Assembly (NCBI GenBank): GCA_965207885.1 | Contig: OZ242311.1 | Coordinates: forward strand, 3,808,001-3,872,000 | Length of the DNA: 64,000 bases | Reading direction: 5' to 3' | Origin: Candidatus Latescibacterota bacterium | Lineage (GTDB): Bacteria > Latescibacterota > UBA2968 | Part shown: positions 1-10,153 of the stretch, piece by piece | Layout of the letters: every line of letters begins with the position of its first letter | Numbering within the stretch: the stretch's first letter is position 1 | Made by a program: the position numbers and the translations under genes | Notes under the pieces: generated by a model | The model's database searches: none | What the model was told of the DNA's origin: nothing | What the model saw: the letters and a program-made list of their open reading frames with translations, nothing else

Positions 1-1117
1 ACAGGGCAGCGTGTGGACCGGCATGATGTGCCTCACCTACATGTTCGCGCTCATGGGCATCCAATCCTCACCCGCCTTTTCCATGTGGTGCTTTTCCAAC
101 AAAACCAGCGAGCCCTTCCGCTGGCAGCAAGTCGTGGCATCCTCGATTATCATCGGCATCATCCTCTTCTCCTTCACCATCTTTCAGGGTATTGGGGGCA
201 ACATCCTCATTGCAAACGGCATCTTTGAATCCGCCAATGACAAAAACCTCGTCCCCCAACTCATCAACCTGCTCACCGACTCAGCACCATGGCTCGTTGG
301 CCTGCTCGCGGTTTGTGCCCTCGCAGCAATGCAATCCACAGGTGCTGCCTACATGTCCACCTTCTCGGGCATGGTCACCCGCGATCTCTACAAACAATAC
401 GTCGCCCCCGACGCATCGGACAGCGTGCAAAAACTCTGTGGGCGCATCTTCGTCATCGTCGTCACAGTGGTCGCGCTATTCGTCGCCGCGCAATTCACCG
501 GCGCCATCGTCATGCTCGGCGGCCTGGCCGTTGCCTACGGCTTCCAGATGTACCCGGCTCTCATGGGCGTGTGTTACTTTCCCTGGCTCACCCGCAAAGG
601 CGTGGTCTGGGGCCTTGTTGCCGGCCTGATTGCCGTCACTCTGACTGATCGCACAGTGGCCGTATTTGGACTGCCCTGGGGCGCATTCCCCCTCACCATT
701 CACAGCGCGGGCTGGGGCATTTTCGCCAACCTGATCATTGCCCTGTTCGTCTCAAAATTTGCCTCAGAAAACAACGGAGAACGCGAAAAACGCGAAAAAC
801 ATCACGCCTTCATCCAGGCCGTCTCTGGCCTCACCGAAGACCAGAAGAAATGGGTGACACCGGCGTGGATCCTCACAGTTTTGTGGTTCCTCGTTGGATT
901 CGGGCCTTTTGCCACGATTGGCAACACCCTCTTTTCCGATCCCAATACCCCGGCCACATGGGCGCCTTTTGGTTTGCCCTCGCTCTGGGTCTGGCAACTC
1001 CTCATGCTGATCTTTGGTATCTTTGTCATGTGGATGCTCGCCTTCAAAGTCGGCCTCTCAAAGCCCGTTCCCATTGAAGATGTAACCTCGCAACGCAAAG
1101 CGTTTTTTGAAAAATAA
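1..1117 (+). CDS. Sodium:solute symporter (SSS) family transporter, 5'-partial
   Basis: Frame is open back to the window start. Polytopic membrane protein with SSS-type motif ALAAMQST...MVTRDLY. Confidence 0.85.
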   Translation, partial: QGSVWTGMMCLTYMFALMGIQSSPAFSMWCFSNKTSEPFRWQQVVASSIIIGIILFSFTIFQGIGGNILIANGIFESANDKNLVPQLINLLTDSAPWLVGLLAVCALAAMQSTGAAYMSTFSGMVTRDLYKQYVAPDASDSVQKLCGRIFVIVVTVVALFVAAQFTGAIVMLGGLAVAYGFQMYPALMGVCYFPWLTRKGVVWGLVAGLIAVTLTDRTVAVFGLPWGAFPLTIHSAGWGIFANLIIALFVSKFASENNGEREKREKHHAFIQAVSGLTEDQKKWVTPAWILTVLWFLVGFGPFATIGNTLFSDPNTPATWAPFGLPSLWVWQLLMLIFGIFVMWMLAFKVGLSKPVPIEDVTSQRKAFFEK

Positions 1118-1140
1118 AACCCGGTGTAAAATCCACCGGG
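1108..1140 (-). terminator. Rho-independent terminator between convergent genes
   Basis: Stem CCCGGTG (1120-1126) / CACCGGG (1134-1140), followed by a U-rich tract on the minus strand. Confidence 0.6.
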
Positions 1141-1149
1141 CTAAATGGG

Positions 1150-2181
1150 TTATTCCCACAGGTCATCATCGAACCACACCCCAAAACCCGGTCCCTCACC
1201 TGGTGCCATTTTGCCATCCAGCACTTCCGGCTGATCGCGCACCCACGTCATCCAAGGACGTCCACTTTCAGCCAGTGGATCGGGATCAAGTGCGACAATC
1301 GCGTGCAGCGCCCACACCTCTCCCCCGCGATGCGGACACACCTCGACATCGTAATTCTTTGCCAACGCGTAAATTTTCACCAACTCTGTCAATCCCCCGC
1401 ACCAGCACACATCCGGTTGATAAATAGCGTGTAACCCCCTTTGCATCAGCGCCTCAAACCCACGCGCCGTATATTCGTGCTCGCCACTCGCGATGGGAAT
1501 GGGACTCTCGCGCATCAACCGTTCATAGCCGCCAAAATCCTCTGGCAAAAGCGGCTCTTCCAACCAGTCCAAATTGAACTCAGCCAACCGATCCGCAGCG
1601 CGCAACGTGCCCTCCACATCCCACCCCATTGACGCATCGCACATCAACTGGATATCGGTGCCAACAACTGACCGCACATCCGCAAAAAAATCAGCTATCG
1701 CATCCAATTCACTGTGGGGATCCATCCCGCCAATGCCAAATTTTAAAGCCTTATAACCCAGCGCGAGTGCGCCCTCAAGATCATCCCGAGACCACCCCGT
1801 GCGATACGACGGCACTGCCATTCGCGTTCCTCCCAGCACTTCGACAAGCGGTTTATTCGCCCGCTTGCCCCGTAAATCCCACAATGCCAAATCCACACCA
1901 CTAATCGCCATCATCGCAATCCCCTTGCGTCCATAAGCCGCGGTATGGCGATACATCGCATCCCACAACCCCTCGACATCCTCGGCATTCGCGCCGATCA
2001 AGACCTCGCGCAACACCGTCTGAACCACGTGAATACCCGCCGGACCGCCTCCACCAACACCGTATCCCGACAACCCATCATCCGTATCAATCCGCACCAG
2101 AATCTGTCCAATCGTTCCGCGCCAACCAGCAGGTGCGCGATCCGCCTCGGGCTGCACTGCGCGAACCTGTGTAATGATCAT
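1150..2181 (-). CDS. Mandelate racemase/muconate lactonizing enzyme family (enolase superfamily, probable sugar-acid dehydratase)
   Basis: Motifs AISGVDLALWDLRGK, KxK (KALK), metal ligands in CDAS / WLEEP / SGEHE, and QPD. Start set at ATG 2181 behind AGGAG. Confidence 0.9.
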   Translation of the reverse strand: MIITQVRAVQPEADRAPAGWRGTIGQILVRIDTDDGLSGYGVGGGGPAGIHVVQTVLREVLIGANAEDVEGLWDAMYRHTAAYGRKGIAMMAISGVDLALWDLRGKRANKPLVEVLGGTRMAVPSYRTGWSRDDLEGALALGYKALKFGIGGMDPHSELDAIADFFADVRSVVGTDIQLMCDASMGWDVEGTLRAADRLAEFNLDWLEEPLLPEDFGGYERLMRESPIPIASGEHEYTARGFEALMQRGLHAIYQPDVCWCGGLTELVKIYALAKNYDVEVCPHRGGEVWALHAIVALDPDPLAESGRPWMTWVRDQPEVLDGKMAPGEGPGFGVWFDDDLWE

Positions 2182-2413
2182 GTGAAATCTCCTATTTGAA
2201 ATAAAAAATAAACGTAGCAAAATGACCACAGGTGTGGTCTTTATACCACACTTCGAGACTATCTACAGTGAAATACTGTACATTAATTTATAATGTAAAT
2301 ATCTATAAATAAATAACTTAAACAACGCTGTATCCCACACACAGACGAATAGGCACGAATTTTGATGTTATCACAGATGAAAAACCTGCTTACTGACACA
2401 AAAGTGGGATAAA

Positions 2414-3076
2414 ATGTACAAAAAAATACAAAAACTCCTTTTCGCGGGGCTGATTTCAATATGCTGTCCTGCAAACACGTATTGCCAAAAGGCCCATATC
2501 GGATTTGGATTGGGGACGGGTGTTTCATTCCCCGTGATGAACCAAACCATATCTCCTTTTGACATGATAGGTGCATTATTTAATGACGAAAGCAGCAGCA
2601 TCTCTTTTCATCTCGACAGCATTCAAATGGGACCTGTTGTAAACGGCGAGTTCTTTATCGGGAATGAACAGATAGATCTGGTTTTATACGGATCTTGTTT
2701 TCCCATGCCACAAAGACAGGTGCAGAGTACTCAGGAATCCCGTATATTTAATTCTGGAGGTTGGTTAAGTTCATTCCTCCTCGAATTGAGGTATAAAATT
2801 TTAATCAATAAGCCATTTGCACCGTATTGGAATGCTGGGCTGGGTGCCTTTCATTTTCGTCCCAATGATCATCGCAATATATCCTCAGACATGTATTTTG
2901 ACATCGTAGTTGGGGTAGGCAGCGAATTTGTTCCCCTAAAAAAAGATATTCGTTTCTTCACTGAAATCCGTTTTCAACTTATGCCTTATCGAATTGAAAA
3001 AGAAGATATTGCCGACGAAATAACAGGCACAGTAAATTTTACTTTTGGATGTCGATTTTGGCTCCTTTCCAACTGA
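2414..3076 (+). CDS. Outer-membrane beta-barrel domain protein (OmpA/OmpW-like 8-strand type)
   Basis: Signal peptide, amphipathic strands (PYWNAGLGAFHF, VGVGSEF, FTEIRFQ) and C-terminal FTFGCRFW. Visibly AT-rich. Confidence 0.65.
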   Translation: MYKKIQKLLFAGLISICCPANTYCQKAHIGFGLGTGVSFPVMNQTISPFDMIGALFNDESSSISFHLDSIQMGPVVNGEFFIGNEQIDLVLYGSCFPMPQRQVQSTQESRIFNSGGWLSSFLLELRYKILINKPFAPYWNAGLGAFHFRPNDHRNISSDMYFDIVVGVGSEFVPLKKDIRFFTEIRFQLMPYRIEKEDIADEITGTVNFTFGCRFWLLSN

Positions 3077-3090
3077 CTTGGAGAAATATA

Positions 3091-3837
3091 ATGGATAAAA
3101 CAATCAGACGCACGCCTGATGGAAAGCCCGAAAGGCGCACACCCGATGAAATGCTGCGCGATGCCGTGTCAGACGATACCGATATTCCCGGCAAAGGCAA
3201 GCCACTCGATTTAAAAGCGTATTTTCGCCCTGATGCGGAACATCGCATGGCGGGTAAAATCCTGCGCGACAACAATGTGCTTCCCGCACACCTCCAGGAG
3301 CGCAAAGACGCGGAAGAACACCTCAAAAATGCCGACGAGCACCTGCAACGCGCAACCGAAAAAATCGCGCCGTTGCAAAAAGCAATTCGCCCCCTTGCAC
3401 AAACACTCATCCGCACATTTTCCTACGACAAAGAAATGTGCGAAGCACTTGGCCTGAATGCACTCCCCGAAAATTTTCATCCTGACGCGGAAACGCCGCC
3501 TGCGAGCGTATCTGATCTCCTGGGGACCATCAGCACCTTTGACCAATTGTGCAAACAATACAATGCACGGGTGCGCGACCTGACATACCGCTACCTCGAA
3601 AACCTGCGCCTCGCGCACGAAAATATCGAAGCCAGCAAAAAGCGGCAACTCGTCAACCGCTCGCTTTTGCCAGCTTATGCACCCATTGCCAAAGTCGATA
3701 TCGAAGCGCAAAAAGAATACATACAAACGCGTTTCCCCCTCCTGCCCGAACGCCCACGCGACTGGGAATCGCGGCTCAAAACATGGCTGCGGTCTCAAAA
3801 GCCAACTCTCTGGCACCGCATGTTCAGATCCACCTGA
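3091..3837 (+). CDS. DUF1992 (DnaJ-related) domain protein
   Basis: IPGKGKPLDL...RMAGKILRDNNVLP motif followed by a coiled coil. ATG 3091 has a GGAG RBS. Confidence 0.75.
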   Translation: MDKTIRRTPDGKPERRTPDEMLRDAVSDDTDIPGKGKPLDLKAYFRPDAEHRMAGKILRDNNVLPAHLQERKDAEEHLKNADEHLQRATEKIAPLQKAIRPLAQTLIRTFSYDKEMCEALGLNALPENFHPDAETPPASVSDLLGTISTFDQLCKQYNARVRDLTYRYLENLRLAHENIEASKKRQLVNRSLLPAYAPIAKVDIEAQKEYIQTRFPLLPERPRDWESRLKTWLRSQKPTLWHRMFRST

Positions 3838-3854
3838 TCCACTCCTATCTTGTC

Positions 3855-3883
3855 TTGACGCATTTGCCAAATTCTTGTAATTT
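3855..3883 (+). promoter_or_regulatory. Putative sigma70 promoter for the ABC/DUF1854 genes
   Basis: TTGACG-17 nt-TAATTT, upstream of the AGGAG RBS and GTG 3924. Confidence 0.45.
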
Positions 3884-3923
3884 ATAAGTAAGTAAACACT
3901 TCCTTTTTATCAGGAGTTGATCT

Positions 3924-6221
3924 GTGGCAAACGCTTCCGAGATAAATCTTCTGGAATTCCCTCCGCAGCACATTTTGGATGGCCTTATTCCATCGCACGA
4001 AACGGTCCAATTATCGGCCAGTACCGACATCCGTCTCGATGGCACGTATGGCATCGCTTATCTCCTCGCCACAGACAAACACTTGTTCGCAATTAGCCCC
4101 AACGGCGATTCGACACCACACACAGAGCGCATCCCGCTTTCAGAAATTACCAATCTCGAAGTCAAAGACCTGTTCGGCAACAGCTTACTCAAAGTCCGCA
4201 CCGGAACCACAGGTGCCACACTCGCGCGATTTACCAAAGGCCATAACCAGAAATTCAATCGAATAACGCACCGACTTGAAGCCCTTGTAAAAGACGCGCG
4301 CAAAACCGAAGACAAAATCGCAAAAGGCCAACTTGGGCGCGCGATTTCGGGCAGACGGTGCGACGTGTGCGGCACAATCATTTCGCGCAGGGTGGGAGTT
4401 TGCACCAACTGCCTCGACACCCGCAAACTGCTGTATCGCTTGCTCGCCTACGCGCGTCCCTACTGGAAGCTCGGAACTCTGAGCCTTGCCCTGCTCCTCA
4501 CCTCGACCTTTATTGGCCTTACCCCACCGCTTTTGATGCGCGACCTCATCGATGGCGTACTCGCACCTTCAGCAACATATGAAACGACCTTCTTCCGCGA
4601 CATCACAAACAGCATATTTGGGATACCTACCGGATACCAAATCCTCTATTTCCTCGTGGGCCTGCTCCTGCTGATCAACCTCTCACAATCGGGCCTTCGC
4701 GCCATACGCTCGTATATCCTGTCCGTTCTTGGACAGAAAATCACCTATAACCTCAGGAATGAGGTCTATCAGCACCTCCACCGCCATTCTCTCAGCTTCT
4801 ACAACGAACGCGAAACTGGCACCATTATGGCCAGCATCACCCAGGATGTGGGCCGCCTGCAAGATTTTATCAGCGATGGCCTCCAAGAAATTATCCGCGA
4901 CATCGTTACCATCGCCTTTATATGCGGCATTCTATTTTGGCTCAATGTCAAACTCGCCACCCTCGTCTTAATCCCCACACCCTTCCTGATTATCGCAACC
5001 CTCAAATTTGGTCACCGCCTGCATCGCACCTATCGCGGCCTGTTTCGGCGTTGGGCGGCCATCAGCGCACTCCTTGCCGACACCATTCCCGGCGTGCGCG
5101 TGGTCAAAGCCTTTGCACAGGAAAAACGCGAAGTGGGTAAATTTCAGACGCGCAGCGAAGACCTCCTCAAGGGCGAAATCAAAATTGCGGGCATCCGCAG
5201 CATCTTCAGCCCCGTCATGGCTTTTATTACATCTATCGGAACGCTGATTATATGGCTCGTGGGGGGCTCCTCGGTTCTCGACGGCGCTTTGACCCTGGGC
5301 AACTTTGTGGCATTTACGCAGTACATGTGGCGTTTTTACGGCCCGGTTGAAAGCCTCTGCCGCCTCAACCACCGCTTCCAGCGAGCCGCATCTTCTGCCG
5401 AACGGGTCTTTGAAGTGCTCGACACACAGCCCGACGTAACCGACAGGCGCTCCGCATACGCCATGCCCGCAATTGAAGGGCGCATCCAATTTGACGACGT
5501 GACATTTTCTTACGAAACCGACAAACCCGTTCTTAAAAATCTCAATTTTACCGTTGAACCTGGCGAAATGATCGGCCTTGCCGGGCATTCTGGCGCGGGC
5601 AAAAGCACCCTGATCAACCTGATTTGCAGATTTTACGACATTGAGGACGGCGCGATTTTAATCGACGGACGCGATATCCGCGATGTCACCCTCAAATCCC
5701 TGCGCGATCAGATCGGCGTCGTTCTGCAAGACCCCTTTCTCTTCAATGGACCCATAGCCGAGAACATCGCTTATGGCAACCCCGATGCGTCACTCGATGA
5801 AATCGTCGCAGCCGCCAAAACAGCCAATGCCCACGAATTTATCCTCCGCCTGCCCGATAGTTACGACACACCCGTAGGTGAACGCGGCGTTCGGCTCTCG
5901 GGCGGCGAGAGACAACGCATCTCCATTGCGCGTGCGATCCTGCGAAACCCGCGCATTCTCATTCTCGATGAAGCCACCTCCAGCATGGATACCGAGACAG
6001 AATCGCAGATCCAGGAAGCCCTTTACAGACTCGTGCAAGGGCGCACGACATTTGCCATAGCCCATCGCCTCTCCACGCTCAAACACGCAGACCGCCTCTT
6101 CATCATCGACAAGGGCGAACTCGCCGAGATGGGATCACACGCCGAACTCATCGCCTATGATGGCATTTACGCGCGTCTTTGCCGCATGCAAACCGAACTG
6201 TCCAAACTCCGCGCGTGGTAG
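3924..6221 (+). CDS. ABC exporter (fused TMD+NBD) with N-terminal extension and CxxC-x10-CxxC motif; type usually paired with DUF1854
   Basis: Walker A GHSGAGKST, signature LSGGERQR, Walker B ILILDEATSS, H-loop IAHRLST and a six-TM domain. Confidence 0.92.
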   Translation: MANASEINLLEFPPQHILDGLIPSHETVQLSASTDIRLDGTYGIAYLLATDKHLFAISPNGDSTPHTERIPLSEITNLEVKDLFGNSLLKVRTGTTGATLARFTKGHNQKFNRITHRLEALVKDARKTEDKIAKGQLGRAISGRRCDVCGTIISRRVGVCTNCLDTRKLLYRLLAYARPYWKLGTLSLALLLTSTFIGLTPPLLMRDLIDGVLAPSATYETTFFRDITNSIFGIPTGYQILYFLVGLLLLINLSQSGLRAIRSYILSVLGQKITYNLRNEVYQHLHRHSLSFYNERETGTIMASITQDVGRLQDFISDGLQEIIRDIVTIAFICGILFWLNVKLATLVLIPTPFLIIATLKFGHRLHRTYRGLFRRWAAISALLADTIPGVRVVKAFAQEKREVGKFQTRSEDLLKGEIKIAGIRSIFSPVMAFITSIGTLIIWLVGGSSVLDGALTLGNFVAFTQYMWRFYGPVESLCRLNHRFQRAASSAERVFEVLDTQPDVTDRRSAYAMPAIEGRIQFDDVTFSYETDKPVLKNLNFTVEPGEMIGLAGHSGAGKSTLINLICRFYDIEDGAILIDGRDIRDVTLKSLRDQIGVVLQDPFLFNGPIAENIAYGNPDASLDEIVAAAKTANAHEFILRLPDSYDTPVGERGVRLSGGERQRISIARAILRNPRILILDEATSSMDTETESQIQEALYRLVQGRTTFAIAHRLSTLKHADRLFIIDKGELAEMGSHAELIAYDGIYARLCRMQTELSKLRAW

Positions 6222-6238
6222 CGAATAAAGGTATATAA

Positions 6239-6748
6239 ATGTCTTCACTCCCAAACCTGACCGGCGACCTCTCCCTTCTCCCGCCCCGCGACATTCGCCT
6301 GTATCTCGACGATTTTGACGATCTCACACTCGACCTGCGCGGTGAAATCCACGAGCGGATTGGTGTACAGCGCGCTTTCCCCCTCAACGCGTCCACAAAA
6401 TTTATCGTGCTACAAAATCCAGATGGCAGCGAAATAGGCATAGTGCGCGACATGGTCGATCTCACCCCAGACAGCCGAGATGCATTGGAAATAGCACTCG
6501 AACAGGCATATTTTATGCCGCGCATTCTAAAAATAAATAGCATTGTTTCCAATTTTCACGTCCCCACATGGGATGTGGAAACAGATCGCGGGCATCGCGT
6601 ATTTGAAATCCCCAGCAGCAAACGCGACGTGCGCGTAATTGACGACGTGCGCGTGATCTTGCGAGACGCCGATGGCAATCGCTATGAGATCGTAGATTAC
6701 CGCCGCCTCGACCCCGATAGCATTACATTTGTAGAAACCATTGTTTGA
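6239..6748 (+). CDS. DUF1854 domain protein
   Basis: RAFPL...EIG...YFMPRI...WDVETDRG...DADGNRYEI pattern, in the typical position after this ABC type. Confidence 0.85.
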   Translation: MSSLPNLTGDLSLLPPRDIRLYLDDFDDLTLDLRGEIHERIGVQRAFPLNASTKFIVLQNPDGSEIGIVRDMVDLTPDSRDALEIALEQAYFMPRILKINSIVSNFHVPTWDVETDRGHRVFEIPSSKRDVRVIDDVRVILRDADGNRYEIVDYRRLDPDSITFVETIV

Positions 6749-6832
6749 AACTTCTATCTGAGGAACAATTGCACTGCTATTTTCGTCAAAACCAAAATGA
6801 ATTGACGCGTTTATTCGCAGAAAGGAGGAGGC

Positions 6833-9800
6833 ATGAAACTCAGTGAATTTGCCATTAATAAACCCATTAGCACCATTATGATTGTACTCAGTATTATGAT
6901 GATGGGTTTTATATCCCTATTCAGGCTGCCGCTCGAATACCTGCCCAGCCTGACATTTCCGCGCATCTTTGTCTCTGTCAATTATCCCTCCTCTTCCCCG
7001 GAAGAAATTGAGCGGTTCATCACGCGCCCCATCGAGGAAATCCTCGGAACGCTGTCGGGTGTTGAAAGCATAAGTTCCTCATCCAGCGGATCCAGTGCGC
7101 GCGTCGGCATGGAATTTGCGATGGATGCGGACATGGACATCATCGGTGTTCACATCCGAGACCGCCTCGATCAAGTTCGCGCCGACCTGCCCGCCGATGT
7201 CGATCGCATCGACATTCGCAGCTTCGACACCGAAGACTTTCCCGTCCTCGAATATTCCCTCACCTGGCTTGGCGAAAACAACCAGGAACTCGTCAATGTG
7301 TTCAATCAAATGATTCTGCCCAGAGTGCAGCGTCTCGAAGGCGTCGCCAATGTCGCGCTCGAGGGCCTGCGAGAAAAAGACCTCCTCATCGAAGTCGATC
7401 AAAAAGCCATGACAGCCTATAAGATGGATTTCCGCACCATCAATCGCGCCCTGAATAGCAACAATATCAATATCTCTGCGGGGTATGTCACCGAAGGCAA
7501 CAAACGCTTCGCCGTTCGCAGCATGGGCGAATTTGAAACCATTGACCAAATTCGCGATCTGCCCATTCGCCCCAATCTCACCCTCGACGACATTGCCAAT
7601 GTCACATACGATTATCCCGAATCTCGCAGCTTTGAACGCCTCGACGGGCGCCCCTCGTTAAACCTCGAAGTTCAGAAAGCCTCAACGGCCAACATGGTCG
7701 ATGTTTGCAAACTCGTGCGCGACGAACTCGCCCTCATCCACTCGGAAGTCGGAAAAGAAAAGCTCCGCATGCACATGGTGCGCGATCGATCCATCGACGT
7801 GACAAATAGCATCAAGAGCCTCAGCCAATCTGCTATTCTGGGTGGTCTGCTGGCCGTCATCGCCATCTTTATTTTTCTTCGCAACTTCCGCAGCACGCTC
7901 ATCATCGGCTCTGCTATTCCCATCAGCGTGCTCACCGTATTCCTGATCATGTATTTCATGCGCCAATCCGGCTCGAACATCACTCTCAATCTCATTTCGA
8001 TGATGGGGCTGATGGTCGCCATTGGTATGCTCGTCGATCCCGCAGTCGTAGCCCTTGAAAATATCTTTCGCAAACGGTTTGAAGAAGGGCAAGAGGCCAG
8101 GCACGCCGCGCTCGAGGGCAGCGATGAAATCGGGCTTCCCGTCCTCGCTGCATCGCTCACGACCATCTGCGTATTTATTCCGGTCATTTTTGTCACCGAT
8201 TCGCGCACCTCGCTCTTCATGCGCGACTTTGCCATTACCGTAATCATAGCTGTTATTGCCTCGTTTTGTATCGCGCTCTCGCTCATCCCGCTGGCAGCCT
8301 CACGCGCATTCAAACACGATGGACAACTCCTCGATCGCATTCTCAAGAGCATCGTCGGCCTTGTAGCCGCACTTGGTCTGGGCACTCTTATTTATTACAC
8401 GGACTTCAGCAAAATTGATTACGCGGGTCTGTGGACAAATTTTAATAAGACCATCAGCGAACTTCCGACATTTGCCAAAATCGGTTTTCCCGGCGTCATT
8501 GCACTGGTCGTCTTTCTCTATTTTCGCTACCGATCAATCGGTCCCAAAGCTCTATATGCCAAATTGGTATCTTCTACGCTTCACTATCGATGGGCAACCC
8601 TGTCGGCTGCATGTGTCCTGCTCTTTATGGGCAACTATATCTATGGAAAAGTAGAACAACAACCCTTCCGCTATCAGCCCAGTCGCGCTGTAAGGCTCAC
8701 CATTGAAATGCCCCGCAGTTACGATGTGGATCAAGCGCGTGAGATCTTCAAAATTGCCGAAGACATGCTCATCCCCTTAAAAGACGAACTCGACATCGAA
8801 GCCATTGGCAGCCGATACAGTGGTCGGCGAGGCACACGCCTGACCCTTTATCTCACGTCAGCAGACCAGGGCAAACTCACCACAGATGAAGTTCAACGCA
8901 AAGTTATGGCCCTTCTGCCCAAAGACATTCCAGGTGTGCGTTTCAAATCCGGCGGTGGTCGCGGGAGTTCTGCTGTGGGAGCGGGTGTTCAGCTCAAAGG
9001 GCGTAGTCAGGAAACACTGGCCATTTTGGCCGAAGACATTGAAACCAGCATGCAGGACATGCCCGGCGTTCACGAAATACAGACCAGCCTCGAAAGTGGA
9101 ACCGAGGAAATTCGCGTCACGGTCAATCGCGAGCGCGCACAGCGCTACGGTCTCTCGCCGCGCGATATTGCAAACACCATTGCCTCTGCACTCGGTTCGC
9201 GCGGTGGCTCCAACTTCAAAACCCCGGACGGTGAGATCGACATCACAGTGCTGCTACGCGAAGAAGATCGCGCCACCCTCGAGCAGCTCAAAACAACAGA
9301 GTTTGAAAGCGACAACGGCGGCATGGTCACCTTCTCCAGCCTGGCGGATTTCGACCTGACAACGGGCACCAACACAATTCGACGCGAAGACCGCATGTCA
9401 ACAGTGACGGTTTTTGCCAACACAGACCAGCAGGCGGTATTTCGCGTGGGCCAGATCATGAAAATGCGCATGGAAGGCGTACCCCTGCCCAAGGGATACA
9501 CCTATGAAATGGATCGCCGCTTCAGATCTATGAATGCAGAACAAAACCAGGACTATGAGACCTTGATCTTAGCACTCATTCTCATTTACATCATCATGGC
9601 CTCGCTCTTTGAATCCTATGTCCATCCGCTCACCATTATGTTCTGCATTTTCTTCGCATTCATCGGCGTCGCGCTCGGTCTCTACACCTTCAAAATCGCC
9701 ATGGACAGCAATGCCAAATACGGCCTCCTCGTGCTCTTTGGCATCGTGGTCAACAACGGCATTGTCCTGGTCGATCACATCAACAGATACCGAAAGCAGG

Positions 9801-10084
9801 GCCTTACTCGCCGCGATGCCATTATTCGCGGTGGGCAAGACCGCTTGCGTCCGATTATGATGACCGCTACGACGACCATCATCGGTCTGATGCCGCTGGT
9901 ATTGCCGATGCTCTTCGGCAATGCCGAAGGCACCTCAAGACGCTGGGGACCAATTGGCCTGGTGGTTATTTCCGGGCTGTCCATCTCAACAATTTTAACC
10001 CTCGTGCTCCTGCCCACGGTCTATTCCCTCATGGATGATCTCTCCCAATTTGCCAAGCGCGTCACAGCCGTAGCACGCGCGTAA
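6833..10084 (+). CDS. RND family efflux transporter permease (AcrB/AcrD/AcrF)
   Basis: 1083 aa. Motifs YPSSSPEEIE, GMLVDPAVVALENI, GIVVNNGIVLVD and RLRPIMMT. Confidence 0.93.
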   Translation: MKLSEFAINKPISTIMIVLSIMMMGFISLFRLPLEYLPSLTFPRIFVSVNYPSSSPEEIERFITRPIEEILGTLSGVESISSSSSGSSARVGMEFAMDADMDIIGVHIRDRLDQVRADLPADVDRIDIRSFDTEDFPVLEYSLTWLGENNQELVNVFNQMILPRVQRLEGVANVALEGLREKDLLIEVDQKAMTAYKMDFRTINRALNSNNINISAGYVTEGNKRFAVRSMGEFETIDQIRDLPIRPNLTLDDIANVTYDYPESRSFERLDGRPSLNLEVQKASTANMVDVCKLVRDELALIHSEVGKEKLRMHMVRDRSIDVTNSIKSLSQSAILGGLLAVIAIFIFLRNFRSTLIIGSAIPISVLTVFLIMYFMRQSGSNITLNLISMMGLMVAIGMLVDPAVVALENIFRKRFEEGQEARHAALEGSDEIGLPVLAASLTTICVFIPVIFVTDSRTSLFMRDFAITVIIAVIASFCIALSLIPLAASRAFKHDGQLLDRILKSIVGLVAALGLGTLIYYTDFSKIDYAGLWTNFNKTISELPTFAKIGFPGVIALVVFLYFRYRSIGPKALYAKLVSSTLHYRWATLSAACVLLFMGNYIYGKVEQQPFRYQPSRAVRLTIEMPRSYDVDQAREIFKIAEDMLIPLKDELDIEAIGSRYSGRRGTRLTLYLTSADQGKLTTDEVQRKVMALLPKDIPGVRFKSGGGRGSSAVGAGVQLKGRSQETLAILAEDIETSMQDMPGVHEIQTSLESGTEEIRVTVNRERAQRYGLSPRDIANTIASALGSRGGSNFKTPDGEIDITVLLREEDRATLEQLKTTEFESDNGGMVTFSSLADFDLTTGTNTIRREDRMSTVTVFANTDQQAVFRVGQIMKMRMEGVPLPKGYTYEMDRRFRSMNAEQNQDYETLILALILIYIIMASLFESYVHPLTIMFCIFFAFIGVALGLYTFKIAMDSNAKYGLLVLFGIVVNNGIVLVDHINRYRKQGLTRRDAIIRGGQDRLRPIMMTATTTIIGLMPLVLPMLFGNAEGTSRRWGPIGLVVISGLSISTILTLVLLPTVYSLMDDLSQFAKRVTAVARA

Positions 10085-10133
10085 TAAAAAAGCCCCAGGC
10101 AATCGACAAACCATACCGACCGCCTGGGGCTTT
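10085..10133. terminator. Bidirectional terminator between RND and bactofilin
   Basis: Inverted repeat AAAGCCCCAGGC (10089-10100) / GCCTGGGGCTTT (10122-10133). Confidence 0.7.
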
Positions 10134-10153
10134 GCGTCTTTCCAGGAAATGCA

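Noticed and set aside
6625-6654. 12-bp direct repeat CGACGTGCGCGT in DUF1854
   Set aside because: In-frame DVRV peptide repeat with only two copies. Not an array.
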